The notes beneath the pieces were generated by a model. The model searched no databases and had not been told where the DNA came from. It saw only the letters and a program-made list of their open reading frames with translations. From assembly GCA_041641305.1 (NCBI GenBank), contig JBEPYN010000001.1, positions 416,001 to 480,000 on the forward strand: a stretch of DNA of 64,000 bases, written 5' to 3'. Shown here one piece after another: positions 1 through 10,004 of this stretch; positions within the stretch are counted from its first letter, which is position 1; the number at the start of each line of letters is the position of its first letter. The DNA is from Nitrososphaerota archaeon. Lineage in GTDB: Archaea; Thermoproteota; Nitrososphaeria_A; Caldarchaeales; Caldarchaeaceae. A program made the translations under genes and the position numbers.

Positions 1-35
1 TGAGCGGGTGGAGAAGCTTCGGAGAGAGCTGCGGC

Positions 36-953
36 TTGTCGCTGATTGACTTCTCCGCCGAAGAATACGAGGTGCTTTCTTGGCTTAGCCATCTTATGCA
101 GGGCTCGGAAAAGGGTGTGAAGATATTTGAGGTAGACGCCAAGACAGGCGAGGTCAAACTGGTTGCAGACCCTCCGATGAAGCTTGACCGATCCTCACTA
201 TTCAAGATTCTCGACAGGCTGGAGTCACGTGGGCTTGTTAAGAGTGTTTTCGAGAAGAAGATTGCGACATGCGTGAGATGCGGGAAGGGGCTTTTCCAGC
301 CTCATCTAAACTGTCCCGCATGCAGCTCAGAGGACATCGAAAAAGTTATTGTTCATGTTCATAACTGTGGGGCATCTATACCTGAGACACTGCTCTCCTC
401 TGTGAAAACTTGCCCAAAATGCGGCGACGTTCTTGAGAGAAAGGATTTTGTAAACAGTCATGGAAGGTTTGTATGCAACAGCTGTGGAGAGGTTTTTGAA
501 CATCCTGAGGTTGTGTCCGAATGTGTTTCATGCGGCTTCAGTGCCAAGGCGTCTGACATGGTTTATCTGACGCTCCGCCGCTACACGCCTACGGAGAGCG
601 GCTCACTGCTGCTTGAGGTCCGCAGCCCACTCAGAGTATTGCTTAGAAAGCTTCTCGAGGAGGGGTTCAAAGTATCTGAAAACGTGTCCCTGCGCGGAGT
701 CAGCGGAGCCACGCATCAAATCAGCTTGCTGGCTGTAAGGGTGGAGGAGACACGCGTCTACGAGGTTGGATACTTTGTCGACGCCGAGACGCTTCTCAGG
801 TTTGCTGTTAAAAGGCTCGACGTGGAGAAAACCAGCATCCCCGGGGCCTTGGGTAGAATACGCTGGATAATGGCGGGTGTCGAGTTCGCCGAAGCTGCTC
901 TGAAGACAGCGGAGACATTCGGTGTCGAAGTGGAGGTCGTCAAAGTTGCTTGA
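36..953 (+). CDS. TackOD1-like protein (N-terminal wHTH, multiple CxxC zinc ribbons, C-terminal restriction-endonuclease-like domain)
   Basis: CVRC, CPAC, HNC, CPKC, CNSC and CVSC motifs; C-terminal 'LRGVSGATHQISL' resembles the Mrr-like G.SG..H motif; TTG start. Confidence 0.65.
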   Translation: MSLIDFSAEEYEVLSWLSHLMQGSEKGVKIFEVDAKTGEVKLVADPPMKLDRSSLFKILDRLESRGLVKSVFEKKIATCVRCGKGLFQPHLNCPACSSEDIEKVIVHVHNCGASIPETLLSSVKTCPKCGDVLERKDFVNSHGRFVCNSCGEVFEHPEVVSECVSCGFSAKASDMVYLTLRRYTPTESGSLLLEVRSPLRVLLRKLLEEGFKVSENVSLRGVSGATHQISLLAVRVEETRVYEVGYFVDAETLLRFAVKRLDVEKTSIPGALGRIRWIMAGVEFAEAALKTAETFGVEVEVVKVA

Positions 954-2331
954 TACCTCGGTGACACGTTCTATTCTTGATTTTGTTCTGGTTTATTGGC
1001 CCTATCTCAGTATGGCTGGGTTAGCTGCCACAGTGATTGGACTATACGGGCGTCTACAGGAATCGGAGAAGAGCAGCAGCGCAGAGAAGGAGCAGACGTT
1101 TTTCCTCGTCATCCTCTACGTCTTCCTCAAGAGCGGAAAAACAATGCTACAGTCCCTTAGAGAAGCAGCCTCGCGGAGAAGATATATCAAACACCTTTCC
1201 GAGGTCTCGTCTTTTCTGGTGCGGGAGTCTGAGAGGAGGACTCTTGCCGATGGTTTGAAACAGTATGTTCATCCGAGCCGTGAGTTCACGCTGTTGCTGG
1301 GTTCGCTTGGCGAGGATTTGGAGAGTGGCTTCGGTGTCGTCGAGAAGGTTGAGAAACTGATTGAGCAGGCCATTTCACGTGAGTCAGACAGGTGGAAAAG
1401 ATACGTGGACAGTGTGGAGACGCTCGGGGAGGTTGTCGTATCTGTGATATTGTTGATTCCGTTGATTTATGTGGTGGGCGGGCTGCTGGGCGGGTTTCCG
1501 CTTATCTATTCTGTTGTCATCGCTATTGCGGCCGCCGCTGTTCTCTACGTTGTGTCCAGCGCCTCGGAGCCGTTGCATCTCGTAGATCTTCCACGCAGCA
1601 TCACATTCATCTCGACGGCGGTCATCTTCGTCTTTGGAGGGGTTTTGGCTACGAGTCTGCTGGGTTTCATGCCTGTGCTGCTTGGTGTGGTTGCGGGGGT
1701 GGCGACGCTTGTGTGGGGCTTGTTTGTCCACTTCATGTATGTCCGGAGGGCTGTTGCCGAGGGTGAGGCATCTTTTCTCCTGTTGGATGGTGTGGCGGCT
1801 CGGCTGAGAGCAGGGTATCCTCTTGGACGAAGTCTCGAGGCTGTCGCTGACCCGAGGTACAAGCGGTACGCGATGGCTATTGCACATGGGCTTGAGATAA
1901 ACCCGTATAACAGGTTCATGGCTTTGGCGATGGAGACCGTGAAGATTGCGCGGCTGGGTGGACTGGGGGCTGAGGCCCTCAGCCTCTTGGCGAGGCTCGC
2001 CCTCTCCATCTACCTAAGCTTCACAGGGGCCCGTGCACGTATGAAGCTCTACACAGCGCTTGCGATAGCAAGCGGCGCAGCAATCATCGCCGTCTCAGCC
2101 ATAACGCTCGCACCTTTCACGGGTCTTCCACAAGATGTGGCGACGGAGGTTCAGCGCCTCATAGCTGTTCCAAGCATAGAGCCTGTTCTTCCTCTTGCGA
2201 TGCTTGTCTCATATGTGTTGGGCGTGGTTGTGGGACGTATTGAGGACCAGACGATAGCTGCTTGCTGGAGAGCTGGAGCAGGTGTGCTCGCCACGTTGCT
2301 TGTGTATTCCATAGCTTCTGCTATTGTATAG
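946..2331 (+). CDS. Type II secretion F-domain / TadC-ArlJ-like pilus platform membrane protein
   Basis: Two repeats of the T2SSF pattern (LKSGKTMLQSLREA; LRAGYPLGRSLEAV) with multiple TM helices, next to pilins; TTG at 946 overlaps the upstream stop (ORF open from 922). Confidence 0.65.
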   Translation: MLDTSVTRSILDFVLVYWPYLSMAGLAATVIGLYGRLQESEKSSSAEKEQTFFLVILYVFLKSGKTMLQSLREAASRRRYIKHLSEVSSFLVRESERRTLADGLKQYVHPSREFTLLLGSLGEDLESGFGVVEKVEKLIEQAISRESDRWKRYVDSVETLGEVVVSVILLIPLIYVVGGLLGGFPLIYSVVIAIAAAAVLYVVSSASEPLHLVDLPRSITFISTAVIFVFGGVLATSLLGFMPVLLGVVAGVATLVWGLFVHFMYVRRAVAEGEASFLLLDGVAARLRAGYPLGRSLEAVADPRYKRYAMAIAHGLEINPYNRFMALAMETVKIARLGGLGAEALSLLARLALSIYLSFTGARARMKLYTALAIASGAAIIAVSAITLAPFTGLPQDVATEVQRLIAVPSIEPVLPLAMLVSYVLGVVVGRIEDQTIAACWRAGAGVLATLLVYSIASAIV

Positions 2332-2567
2332 CACAGGTATGATGTTATGTGGGTGAATCGCGGGGTAGGTTGGTGAGGCCGTGGTTTATGGTTGTGTATT
2401 GTTGTGGGGTATAGGGTGCTTGTGGGGACGCTGTAGCCGGGCGACGATGCTCCGGCCATGTTTATCTCGAGGAAACAGGTCAGGACTTTGCCGCTGTTCT
2501 AGAAGGACAGAAGGCGGCCGGCTTGCTGCGGAAACCAGCCGACATCATCCAAAAAAGGGGTGGGTGG

Positions 2568-3020
2568 TTAGGCAATTACGCCTGTCACAGCTGTCGACAG
2601 AACTTGGCTTGAACCATCAACGAATGAAACAGTGATTGACACCGGATAGGATTGGCCAAGAACGGTGCATCCCGCCGTATCTGTAGATGTGCCCGCCAGG
2701 GTTGCTCCAGGATCTCTACTTCCGGTCCATGTCCATGTTGTAAAGGCGCAACCTGCCGGCAGACCAGATATAGTCACAATTGGGTTTGTGGCGGAGATAG
2801 GGACGTCTCCTGTGTTTTTTAAGACTATGGTGAGTGTTGCTGCACCAGCCGGTGTTGCTACTAGTCTTATCTGGTCTATTATTGCTGTTGGTCTTCTGCC
2901 TGCTATGCCTGCAAGGTTGAAGAAGACACCTGAGACGACGACGGCGGCTGCAACGGTTATCGCTATCAACAGGATAACGGCTACAAGAGGGCTCAAACCT
3001 CTAGCTCCTGAACGAGTCAT
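2568..3020 (-). CDS. Archaeal type IV pilin (class III signal peptide)
   Basis: MTRSGARG|LSPLVAVILLIAITVAAAVVV N-terminus; C-terminal LKNTG motif and beta-rich domain. Confidence 0.85.
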   Translation of the reverse strand: MTRSGARGLSPLVAVILLIAITVAAAVVVSGVFFNLAGIAGRRPTAIIDQIRLVATPAGAATLTIVLKNTGDVPISATNPIVTISGLPAGCAFTTWTWTGSRDPGATLAGTSTDTAGCTVLGQSYPVSITVSFVDGSSQVLSTAVTGVIA

Positions 3021-3099
3021 GTGGCCACGGGCCTTTTCCGATCATAAAAACTTTGATGAAGTTCTTTTGGCCAATAGCCCCCAATTCATACGCGGAGAT

Positions 3100-3510
3100 T
3101 TATGGCACAAACACATGGAAGGAAAAAATTTTGCCTGATGATGTTCTCACCAGAAGCGTGTATTCGCCCGTTGGCCATCCAGATGCTAGGAGAGGGTAGG
3201 AGGCATAGTCTCGGGGGTTTATCTCCAAGCATGGGTTGATGACCACTCCGCTGCCGAGCTGCACAACATGGACCTCCGCGACGCAGACAGGGAGTACGCC
3301 GTTGTTGTAGAATATGATGACACCGCTCCCATGAGCCTCGGCAACCACCAAGCTTTCCCCCGCACGACGAACATCCAAAGCCGCAAACTGGTTCAACACA
3401 CCAAACTGAAAACCAGCAGCCTGCGTAAAAACAACCACAGCCGCCAAAGTAACCCCAAGCACCAGAAGCACACCCACAATATAGCTAAGACCACGCGAAC
3501 CCAAACGCAA
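3100..3510 (-). CDS. Pilin-like protein (class III signal peptide)
   Basis: TTG start at 3510 after GGAG gives MRLGSRG|LSYIVGVLLVLGVTLAAVVV; YNNG motif. Confidence 0.75.
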   Translation of the reverse strand: MRLGSRGLSYIVGVLLVLGVTLAAVVVFTQAAGFQFGVLNQFAALDVRRAGESLVVAEAHGSGVIIFYNNGVLPVCVAEVHVVQLGSGVVINPCLEINPRDYASYPLLASGWPTGEYTLLVRTSSGKIFSFHVFVP

Positions 3511-3734
3511 ACAACTCCGAAACAAACACGACCAAAAGTATCTCGGCCAGGCAAATTTACCGCAATCATTCACCGTGGCCAAATCCCTAAGATTGGGGAG
3601 AAAATTGTTTCTTACAGTCACGGACACAAAAAATATCCCGGGCCGAATTTATCTATTTTTGTTAGAAGTTTGGAGTACTGAGCCATGATGATTTCCCTAA
3701 ATTATGGAATGTGTTTCCGATTACTCAGCGCTTC

Positions 3735-5174
3735 TCAGCATACGGCAGGCGGTAACCTAGACACTGTGAAGCTACTGGTGGAGGTTAAGGAGCCGCTCTC
3801 ACCTATTACTGTCACTGTCCCATCACTCCATATAACGAAGCTAAATGTGGCGGTATGTGTTCCGCCTGCGGTCACTGTTACGGGATTGGGTGTAAAGGTC
3901 TCGGTTCTGATGACGTTGTTGTTTGGTGATTCTGTGAACGTCAAAGTGACGGTGCCACTCCATCCGCCCAAGCTCGAAATCTCGACGGGAACCGACACCG
4001 CGTCTCCTCGACATCCAACAACAGCGGGCATCAAGACGTTTACAACGAAACTCCCCCCACCAGAGGGTACCAAAATACAGAAATCCGGTAACACAGTCAT
4101 CACAAAGGAGCTGGTCTTAACGGGGCCGAGGCCGTCATCTCCCGCAACCACGACAGTCCTAGTGCCTGAACCGGTGGGCCTGGCGTTTACGTGGACGTAG
4201 AAGTCGGCCGTGGTCACGGCATCCCTGACCGGCACCGGGTCGGGGGATGCGGCGTAGTTAATCCTCGTGTCGGGTGGAAAGATCGTGGAGACCCGGAAAC
4301 CAACATCCGACCGGTAGTTGGTTGGTGTTACTACTAAGCCGATGGTTGTGGCGCAGCCCTGCTCAAGGCTAATCGATGACGGAGTGAAGCCGAATGTGAA
4401 ATCACCCACAGCAACCCTGAGGAGAAACTCTCTCGCAAACCCGCCCGTGTCAACACGTATCCTCATAAAATATGTCCCTATGGGAGTGCCTGCCGGAACG
4501 CTGGCCAAAATATTCACCACCACAGCACCACCGGGTGGCACGGTAACGGGGCTAGAGGGGTTGAAGGACACAGACCAGCTGGAGCATGAAGCCGGCGCTG
4601 GTGTGACCGAGACACAGCTGACGGTCACCGGACCACCTGTGAAGTCTGGCCCCGTAGCCAAAACAAGCTGGGTCAAAGGCCCATTAACACCGCTGCTAAA
4701 CCCTGGCCTCACCAACCTCATCTCATCCCTCAGACTAAACAAAGACCAGGGCTCCGACGGAGCATCACCAACAGTAAAAACGCTCCCCCTCTCCGAGACA
4801 ACCTTGTATTGACGGCTAGGATTGCGTGGAGACTCCGCAGCCAAAACATCCCTGAATGTTTTCGGCTGGACAGACCAATCCACCGAATTAAGCGGCCCTA
4901 TAACGTTCACACCGCCGCTGTCAGATGATATCCAGTACCTGATTACAACGGCTAAGCTGCTGTGGTTGTTGAAAAGCCTAACATGCGTGCTGTTCACCCA
5001 GTAAATCATGAAGAAAGCCTCCATAGCCCTCTCCGCCTCCCTCCTAACAGCCTCGCTCGAAGAAGCCTGAAGAGCGTAAAGCATACCGAGAGCAGCGGAA
5101 ACAAGGCCCAGAAACACAACAGTAACCACCAACGCCGCGATGACCGTGCTTATGGCCCGCCGGTCCCCATACAT
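3735..5174 (-). CDS. Large pilin-like/adhesin protein with class III signal peptide and Ig-like beta domains
   Basis: MYGDRRA|ISTVIAALVVTVVFLGL; 'KVVSERGSVF' pilin-associated motif; three Thr/Val/Pro-rich beta-sandwich-like segments. Confidence 0.7.
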   Translation of the reverse strand: MYGDRRAISTVIAALVVTVVFLGLVSAALGMLYALQASSSEAVRREAERAMEAFFMIYWVNSTHVRLFNNHSSLAVVIRYWISSDSGGVNVIGPLNSVDWSVQPKTFRDVLAAESPRNPSRQYKVVSERGSVFTVGDAPSEPWSLFSLRDEMRLVRPGFSSGVNGPLTQLVLATGPDFTGGPVTVSCVSVTPAPASCSSWSVSFNPSSPVTVPPGGAVVVNILASVPAGTPIGTYFMRIRVDTGGFAREFLLRVAVGDFTFGFTPSSISLEQGCATTIGLVVTPTNYRSDVGFRVSTIFPPDTRINYAASPDPVPVRDAVTTADFYVHVNARPTGSGTRTVVVAGDDGLGPVKTSSFVMTVLPDFCILVPSGGGSFVVNVLMPAVVGCRGDAVSVPVEISSLGGWSGTVTLTFTESPNNNVIRTETFTPNPVTVTAGGTHTATFSFVIWSDGTVTVIGESGSLTSTSSFTVSRLPPAVC

Positions 5175-5219
5175 GACGCCAACAACTCCACGTCAGTAAT
5201 AAGAATTAAACAAATTCCT

Positions 5220-6113
5220 TTAGCCTGTGAGACCAAGCCGCGCCTTAATCTCCGCAATATCCCTCTCGATGCGGGCAATCCTCTCCTCAAAGAGAGATGA
5301 GATATCCCGTCTCAACCCCCTAACCTCCTCCACCAAAACATCATGCCTCCCCAAAATCTCATCCTGCTTTTGAAGCATCAAGTCCTGTTTCTGAAGCATC
5401 TGGTCCTGCTTCCCAAGCATCTGGTCTTGCTTCTCCAGCATCTGGTCCTGCTTTTGTATCATTATGTCCTGTTTTTGAAGCATCAGGTCCGTTTTCTGTA
5501 ACATCAAGTCCTGCTTCTGCAACATCTCGTCCTGTTTTCGCAACATCAAGTCCTGCTTCTCCAGCATCTTATCCTGCTTCTGCAACATTTCATCCTGCTT
5601 CTGTATCATTATGTCCTGCTTTTGAAGCATCAAGTCCTGTTTATGGAGCATAAGATCCTGCTTCTCCAGCATCTGGTCCTGCTTATGCAACATCAAGTCC
5701 TGCTTCTCAATCAACGTGTCCAGCTTCGCAAGAGCCTTATCCTGTTTATCGAACATTATCTCGAAGTAAGAAGCTCCTGTTGCAAAGCCTTCCACCATCT
5801 CCTCCGCCAAATCCTTCACAATTATCTTGAATGTTTTGAATTCGCCAGTCGGCTTGGTGTATGTTACTGTTGTTTCGTCGACATGTATGGGCGGTGGAGC
5901 GGATTTGATCGTCTCTATCAGCCTCTCGACCTTATCTTTGGTGGATTCGGCGACTATTTTCACGGCTCCGTTTTCAAGATTCTCGACAAGCCCTTTTACA
6001 CCGAGCCGCCTCGCAGCCCTCCTAACAAAATACCTAAACCCAACCCCCTGAACATCACCGTCAACCACTATCTCCGCCCTCACCAAGCCATCCAGCGACA
6101 CAGCGGTCAACAA
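5220..6113 (-). CDS. Acylphosphatase domain fused to long heptad-repeat coiled coil
   Basis: VQGVGFR and GLVENLENG acylphosphatase motifs, then about 19 KQDxMLQ heptads. Confidence 0.85.
   Translation of the reverse strand: MLTAVSLDGLVRAEIVVDGDVQGVGFRYFVRRAARRLGVKGLVENLENGAVKIVAESTKDKVERLIETIKSAPPPIHVDETTVTYTKPTGEFKTFKIIVKDLAEEMVEGFATGASYFEIMFDKQDKALAKLDTLIEKQDLMLHKQDQMLEKQDLMLHKQDLMLQKQDIMIQKQDEMLQKQDKMLEKQDLMLRKQDEMLQKQDLMLQKTDLMLQKQDIMIQKQDQMLEKQDQMLGKQDQMLQKQDLMLQKQDEILGRHDVLVEEVRGLRRDISSLFEERIARIERDIAEIKARLGLTG
5349..5747 (-). repeat. 21-bp tandem coding repeat (about 19 units, KQD[LQEI]ML[QEH])
   Basis: Visible in DNA (tcctgcttctgcaacatcaag-like units) and in the protein. Confidence 0.9.
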
Positions 6114-6228
6114 TTCATCTCACATAAAACGGCATATAAGTGTTGTCGACAAAATCGTCTTACATTTCGCGACGCGTTGCGTTTTCACCTTCTATGGTTT
6201 ACAGCTTAAATAAAAAAGGGATTGTTTT

Positions 6229-6693
6229 TCAGAGCTTGATATCTGTTTTGAATGTTCGTGTCCATGTGCCCCCTTGCCCTGGTTCACCTCTTTCCTGCCA
6301 TACTTTGACAGGTGTTTTTAGTCTGTGGCTGAGGAAACCGTTTAGAAAGCCTTCGTGAAAGCTGCATTCAAAGAATTTGCCGAGCTCGGGTATTTGCCCG
6401 CAAATTATGCAGTCAGATATTCTGATGGTTAATGTTTCCTCGGTTATTACCTCTAGTCTTCCAACGGAGTGTTTTCTCCAAACTTCGGAGAGATGGTTGA
6501 GAGATGCGAGAAGCTCTTTTTCCGGAATTGATTCCGAAGCCTTTCTACCAAACTCTTCGCCTATTTTACGCATTAAATCCTTGGAGCTCACACCAAACTC
6601 GCGCTGGAGCGGGCTTACCGCCGGCGAAAAGAAAGCAGCCGTGCTCGCAAAATCTCGCCAAAAACCTTTATCCTCAACTAACTCACTCATCAC
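6229..6693 (-). CDS. V4R (4-vinyl reductase)-domain protein
   Basis: 'IGEEFG', 'GRLEV', 'DCIIC' and 'CSFHEGFLNGFL' pattern typical of V4R/TRAPP-like domains. Confidence 0.7.
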   Translation of the reverse strand: MMSELVEDKGFWRDFASTAAFFSPAVSPLQREFGVSSKDLMRKIGEEFGRKASESIPEKELLASLNHLSEVWRKHSVGRLEVITEETLTIRISDCIICGQIPELGKFFECSFHEGFLNGFLSHRLKTPVKVWQERGEPGQGGTWTRTFKTDIKL

Positions 6694-6736
6694 TGATATA
6701 ACGTCTTAGCGCAAAATAAGCTTAATTCATGTGTAG

Positions 6737-6810
6737 TGGGCCGGGGCGGACTTGAACCGCCGACCTCCACCGCGTCAGGGTGGCGTCATACCAGGCTAGA
6801 CCACCGGCCC
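6737..6810 (-). tRNA. tRNA-Val(GAC)
   Basis: Reverse complement GGGCCGG...CCACC-CTGACGC-GGTGG...GGTTCAAGTCC...CCGGCCCA; anticodon GAC; no intron, CCA not encoded. Confidence 0.95.
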
Positions 6811-6842
6811 GGGGTTTTTCGGCGAATTTTTTGGTATTAGAC

Positions 6843-8402
6843 CTATTTAGACGTTGTGTAGATGATTTGCCGATGTAGGCGGGTTTGTAGACTGTGGGCC
6901 AGTTTGCGGCTGTATCCGGGGTAGGTTTCTCGTTTTGTCTCGATGATGATTATTTTTTTGAAGCCGTGTTTGGAGAGGGTTTCGGCTGCTTCGCGGAAGA
7001 TTCTGTCTTCAAGTTGCTTGACAAGTGTTTCGGGATATGTTGTTTGGGAGATGGGGAAAACGTGGTAGAGCGAGAGCGGCACCAATCCATATGGTGTGTC
7101 GTGGACAAATACTTCGAAACAGCCGTCACCCACCACCTGTGCAACCTGGTCAAACAGCTTTTCAGGCTTTTTGTTGGTGACTGCTCTGTGGCTGACTAGG
7201 ACAGCGGCCTCTACGCATGAAGGGCTCCAGCGCTTCACCCACTCAACCATCCTCCTGTATTCGGGTCTCTGCAAACTTGTGGCGTCGAAAAGAAACAGCC
7301 CTCGCCGTTTTGAGATCGGTGTATGCTGGGCCATGGTTTTTAGCGTTTCCTCGTCAGTGATGATTTGTTGAAATGCTTCATAGACGGCTGGATGTGAGCG
7401 TGCCTTTCTCTCCAGCATCTCATACAACCTGCCCTCCCAAATAGCCTGCTTAATTGCCTCGACCTCCTGAAAACAGACGGACAGATTGTGGAGTGCAAGG
7501 TTTCTAAACCGTTCTCCGCTTTCGAGCTCTCGCAGCTCTTTCGCCGAAAACCGTGTGCAGACCTCGCAGCTGCAGGGCAAGTAGCTGAGCTGCTCCAAGC
7601 GTACAGTTCCCTCGGGCAAAATGTAGCGGCCCTCTTTGGCGAAAAGAGCGTAAGAAGCCGAGTCAAACATGTCCACACCAAGAGCAACTGCCAGCCCAAA
7701 CATCATGGGGTGTCCTGCGCCGAAGAGGTGGAGGGGTTTGACGGTGCCGAGCACCTGACGCGTCGTGGTTATCATCGAGACAAGCTCGCGGTATCTGTAG
7801 GCGGTCATCAACGGGGTTGGGCTGCCGAGACAGTAGAGGCTAAAGCCGAGTCGCTTATACTCTTCGACACATTTTTGGACAAGGTCCCAGTACAGTCCAC
7901 CCTGTATAGGCCCCACCCAGACACAGCGTCCATCATGCCCCACAAGCTCAACAGTCCGCCTCACATTAGCGAGAGTCTCCTCAACAGTTTTCTCGGCCTC
8001 TCGACGGCCCACCAAACCCGTCGGCCTATCAAGGGGCACAGCTATGTCCGAGCCAATAGCTTCTTGGAAAAACGCGATATCATCGGGCGAGGCCTCGACA
8101 TCGCCGTAGACAAGCACCTGGTAGCCGCCGGAGTCGGTCATGACCACGCCGTCGAAGCCGATAATCCTGTGAACACCCTCCTCAACAGCTCTTGACCGAA
8201 ACCTTTTAAACAAAATGTAAGCGTTCGTGATGACTATTCCACACCTGAATTTTCTCCTCATTTCTTCAGGTGGAACAACTTGGCTCACGGGGTTTATCAC
8301 GGGAACGAAGGCAGGTGTCTCAACCTTTTTTCCTCCTACGTGAAGCGTTCCAACACGCGCCAAAAGGTCTTTGTGCTTCACCTCCAGCTCGGCCTTCATC
8401 AC
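6843..8402 (-). CDS. tgtA: Archaeosine tRNA-guanine(15) transglycosylase
   Basis: ETPAFVPVINP, MTDSGGYQ, HLFGAGHP, DMFDSASY and CSCEVC...LALHNL motifs. Confidence 0.93.
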   Translation of the reverse strand: MMKAELEVKHKDLLARVGTLHVGGKKVETPAFVPVINPVSQVVPPEEMRRKFRCGIVITNAYILFKRFRSRAVEEGVHRIIGFDGVVMTDSGGYQVLVYGDVEASPDDIAFFQEAIGSDIAVPLDRPTGLVGRREAEKTVEETLANVRRTVELVGHDGRCVWVGPIQGGLYWDLVQKCVEEYKRLGFSLYCLGSPTPLMTAYRYRELVSMITTTRQVLGTVKPLHLFGAGHPMMFGLAVALGVDMFDSASYALFAKEGRYILPEGTVRLEQLSYLPCSCEVCTRFSAKELRELESGERFRNLALHNLSVCFQEVEAIKQAIWEGRLYEMLERKARSHPAVYEAFQQIITDEETLKTMAQHTPISKRRGLFLFDATSLQRPEYRRMVEWVKRWSPSCVEAAVLVSHRAVTNKKPEKLFDQVAQVVGDGCFEVFVHDTPYGLVPLSLYHVFPISQTTYPETLVKQLEDRIFREAAETLSKHGFKKIIIIETKRETYPGYSRKLAHSLQTRLHRQIIYTTSK

Positions 8403-8476
8403 GGTGTGTGGAGGTTCTCCATTTATATAGTCGAGGCGTAAACAATTATTAACACGGTGTTGGAAGTAGGGTCAGT

Positions 8477-9178
8477 ATGCTGGAGACAGAGGTAAGCTTT
8501 GTGGACGGGGGCAGGGACGTAAGGGTTTCTGACGGTATTTTGGTGGAGGGGTTGCCGGGCATAGGTCTTGTGGCGAAGGTCGCGGTTGCCTATCTTCTCA
8601 AAAACCTCAAGGCGAGGAAAGTTGTCAGGTTCTACTCACCGTTTTTCCCCGCCATTGGATACATCTCAGAGGGCAAAATCATCTTCAGTTTCGCAGACAT
8701 CTATGTCGCTGAGCATGACCCTCCGCTTCTCATTCTATACGGCAACGCACAGCCCTCGACCAGCTACGGACAATACGACCTCTGCACCAAGATAATCCAG
8801 GTAGCGAAAGACATCGGCTGCTCAACAGTTTTCACCATCGGGGGATACGGTAAGGAAACGGTTTCAGAGAAAAGAACGGTCTACTGCTCCTCGACTGACG
8901 AGGAGCTGCTGGAGCGGTGGATGAAAGTGGTGGATGGGGTGAGATATAGTGGACAGATTGTCGGCGCCGCGGGGCTTCTCACGGTTCTCGCTTCAGAGGC
9001 TGGGTTGAAGAACTTCTCCATGCTGGTCGAAACCGCTGAAATGGCTCCAGACTTCTTCGCCGCTAAAAGAGCCGTAGAAGCTGTGGCGAAGCTTCTCAAC
9101 CTCTCGATAAAGATTCCTTCGGCGGAAGAGCTTTCAAAAGCTTATCTACTTAGTTTGATGGAATACGAGGCCGTTTAG
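8477..9178 (+). CDS. PAC2-family proteasome assembly chaperone
   Basis: EGLPGIGLVAK, IVGAAGLL and PDFFAAK motifs. Confidence 0.85.
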   Translation: MLETEVSFVDGGRDVRVSDGILVEGLPGIGLVAKVAVAYLLKNLKARKVVRFYSPFFPAIGYISEGKIIFSFADIYVAEHDPPLLILYGNAQPSTSYGQYDLCTKIIQVAKDIGCSTVFTIGGYGKETVSEKRTVYCSSTDEELLERWMKVVDGVRYSGQIVGAAGLLTVLASEAGLKNFSMLVETAEMAPDFFAAKRAVEAVAKLLNLSIKIPSAEELSKAYLLSLMEYEAV

Positions 9179-9216
9179 GTTAAATTTATCTCTTAGAATA
9201 ACGGATTTTGGACAGG

Positions 9217-9558
9217 ATGTCGGCTGAAGACGAGGAGCTGGAAAGAATACGTCAGCAAAAGATGGCCGAGCTTCAGGCGAGGGCTGCCGAGGAACAGGCC
9301 CGTAGGCAGAGGGAGCTTGAGCGAGCCGCCGTAATGAGAGCCATACTCACACCTGAGGCGAGGCAGAGGCTCAACAACCTCAAGCTCATCAAACCCGACA
9401 TAGCCGAGAGGGTTGAAACCTACCTTATTCAGGTCTCCCAGACAGGCAACATCAGGCTCCCCGTGGACGACGAAACTCTCAAACTAATCCTTGACAAAAT
9501 CATGCCAAAGAAGAAAGAGACACGAATAGAATTCAGGTCGCGCAACACAGGGTGGTAA
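9217..9558 (+). CDS. PDCD5-family DNA-binding protein
   Basis: DEELERIRQQKMAEL...ILTPEARQRLNNLKLIKPD. Confidence 0.9.
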   Translation: MSAEDEELERIRQQKMAELQARAAEEQARRQRELERAAVMRAILTPEARQRLNNLKLIKPDIAERVETYLIQVSQTGNIRLPVDDETLKLILDKIMPKKKETRIEFRSRNTGW

Positions 9559-9561
9559 AAA

Positions 9562-9972
9562 ATGGTTGAAATCGATGAAAAGACTCATCTCGAGAAATTC
9601 AGGCAATTCATCATACTGAATACTTGTGCATCCTACATGCCCGCAGCCTATCTGCATGACACATCGGTTTTTCCCGAAAGAGATCCTGAGCACGGCACCA
9701 TCTATGTCGAAGCGGTGTCAAAGGTTCCGCTGCGTGAGATGCGTGACGTCAAGTTTGTGAAGGTCGCCGATGTTCTCGGAGTGATTTACCGGTCCAAGAG
9801 CGGTAACACCGACTTGAAGTGGAGGCAGATAAAGGGCCCTTTCGGACGACTCACAGGCACTGCTTCCCCCAATTCGGTGGTTAACCTTCTGGAAGCAGGC
9901 ATACTGAGAAGGGATACTATTCTCAGGAAAATTGATGAGACAGCCGCCAAGTCTGGTGAAGACACTGGTTAG
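9562..9972 (+). CDS. Conserved hypothetical protein
   Basis: 136-aa ORF in operon context; no recognised motif. Confidence 0.6.
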   Translation: MVEIDEKTHLEKFRQFIILNTCASYMPAAYLHDTSVFPERDPEHGTIYVEAVSKVPLREMRDVKFVKVADVLGVIYRSKSGNTDLKWRQIKGPFGRLTGTASPNSVVNLLEAGILRRDTILRKIDETAAKSGEDTG

Positions 9973-10004
9973 GCTTAAGAATAGGTCATCTCATTTGAGA
10001 AGCC

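Noticed and set aside
3685-3730. Possible C/D-box sRNA (ATGATGA)
   Set aside because: No properly placed CTGA D box; the same applies to GTGATGA near 25240, where folding favours the opposite strand.
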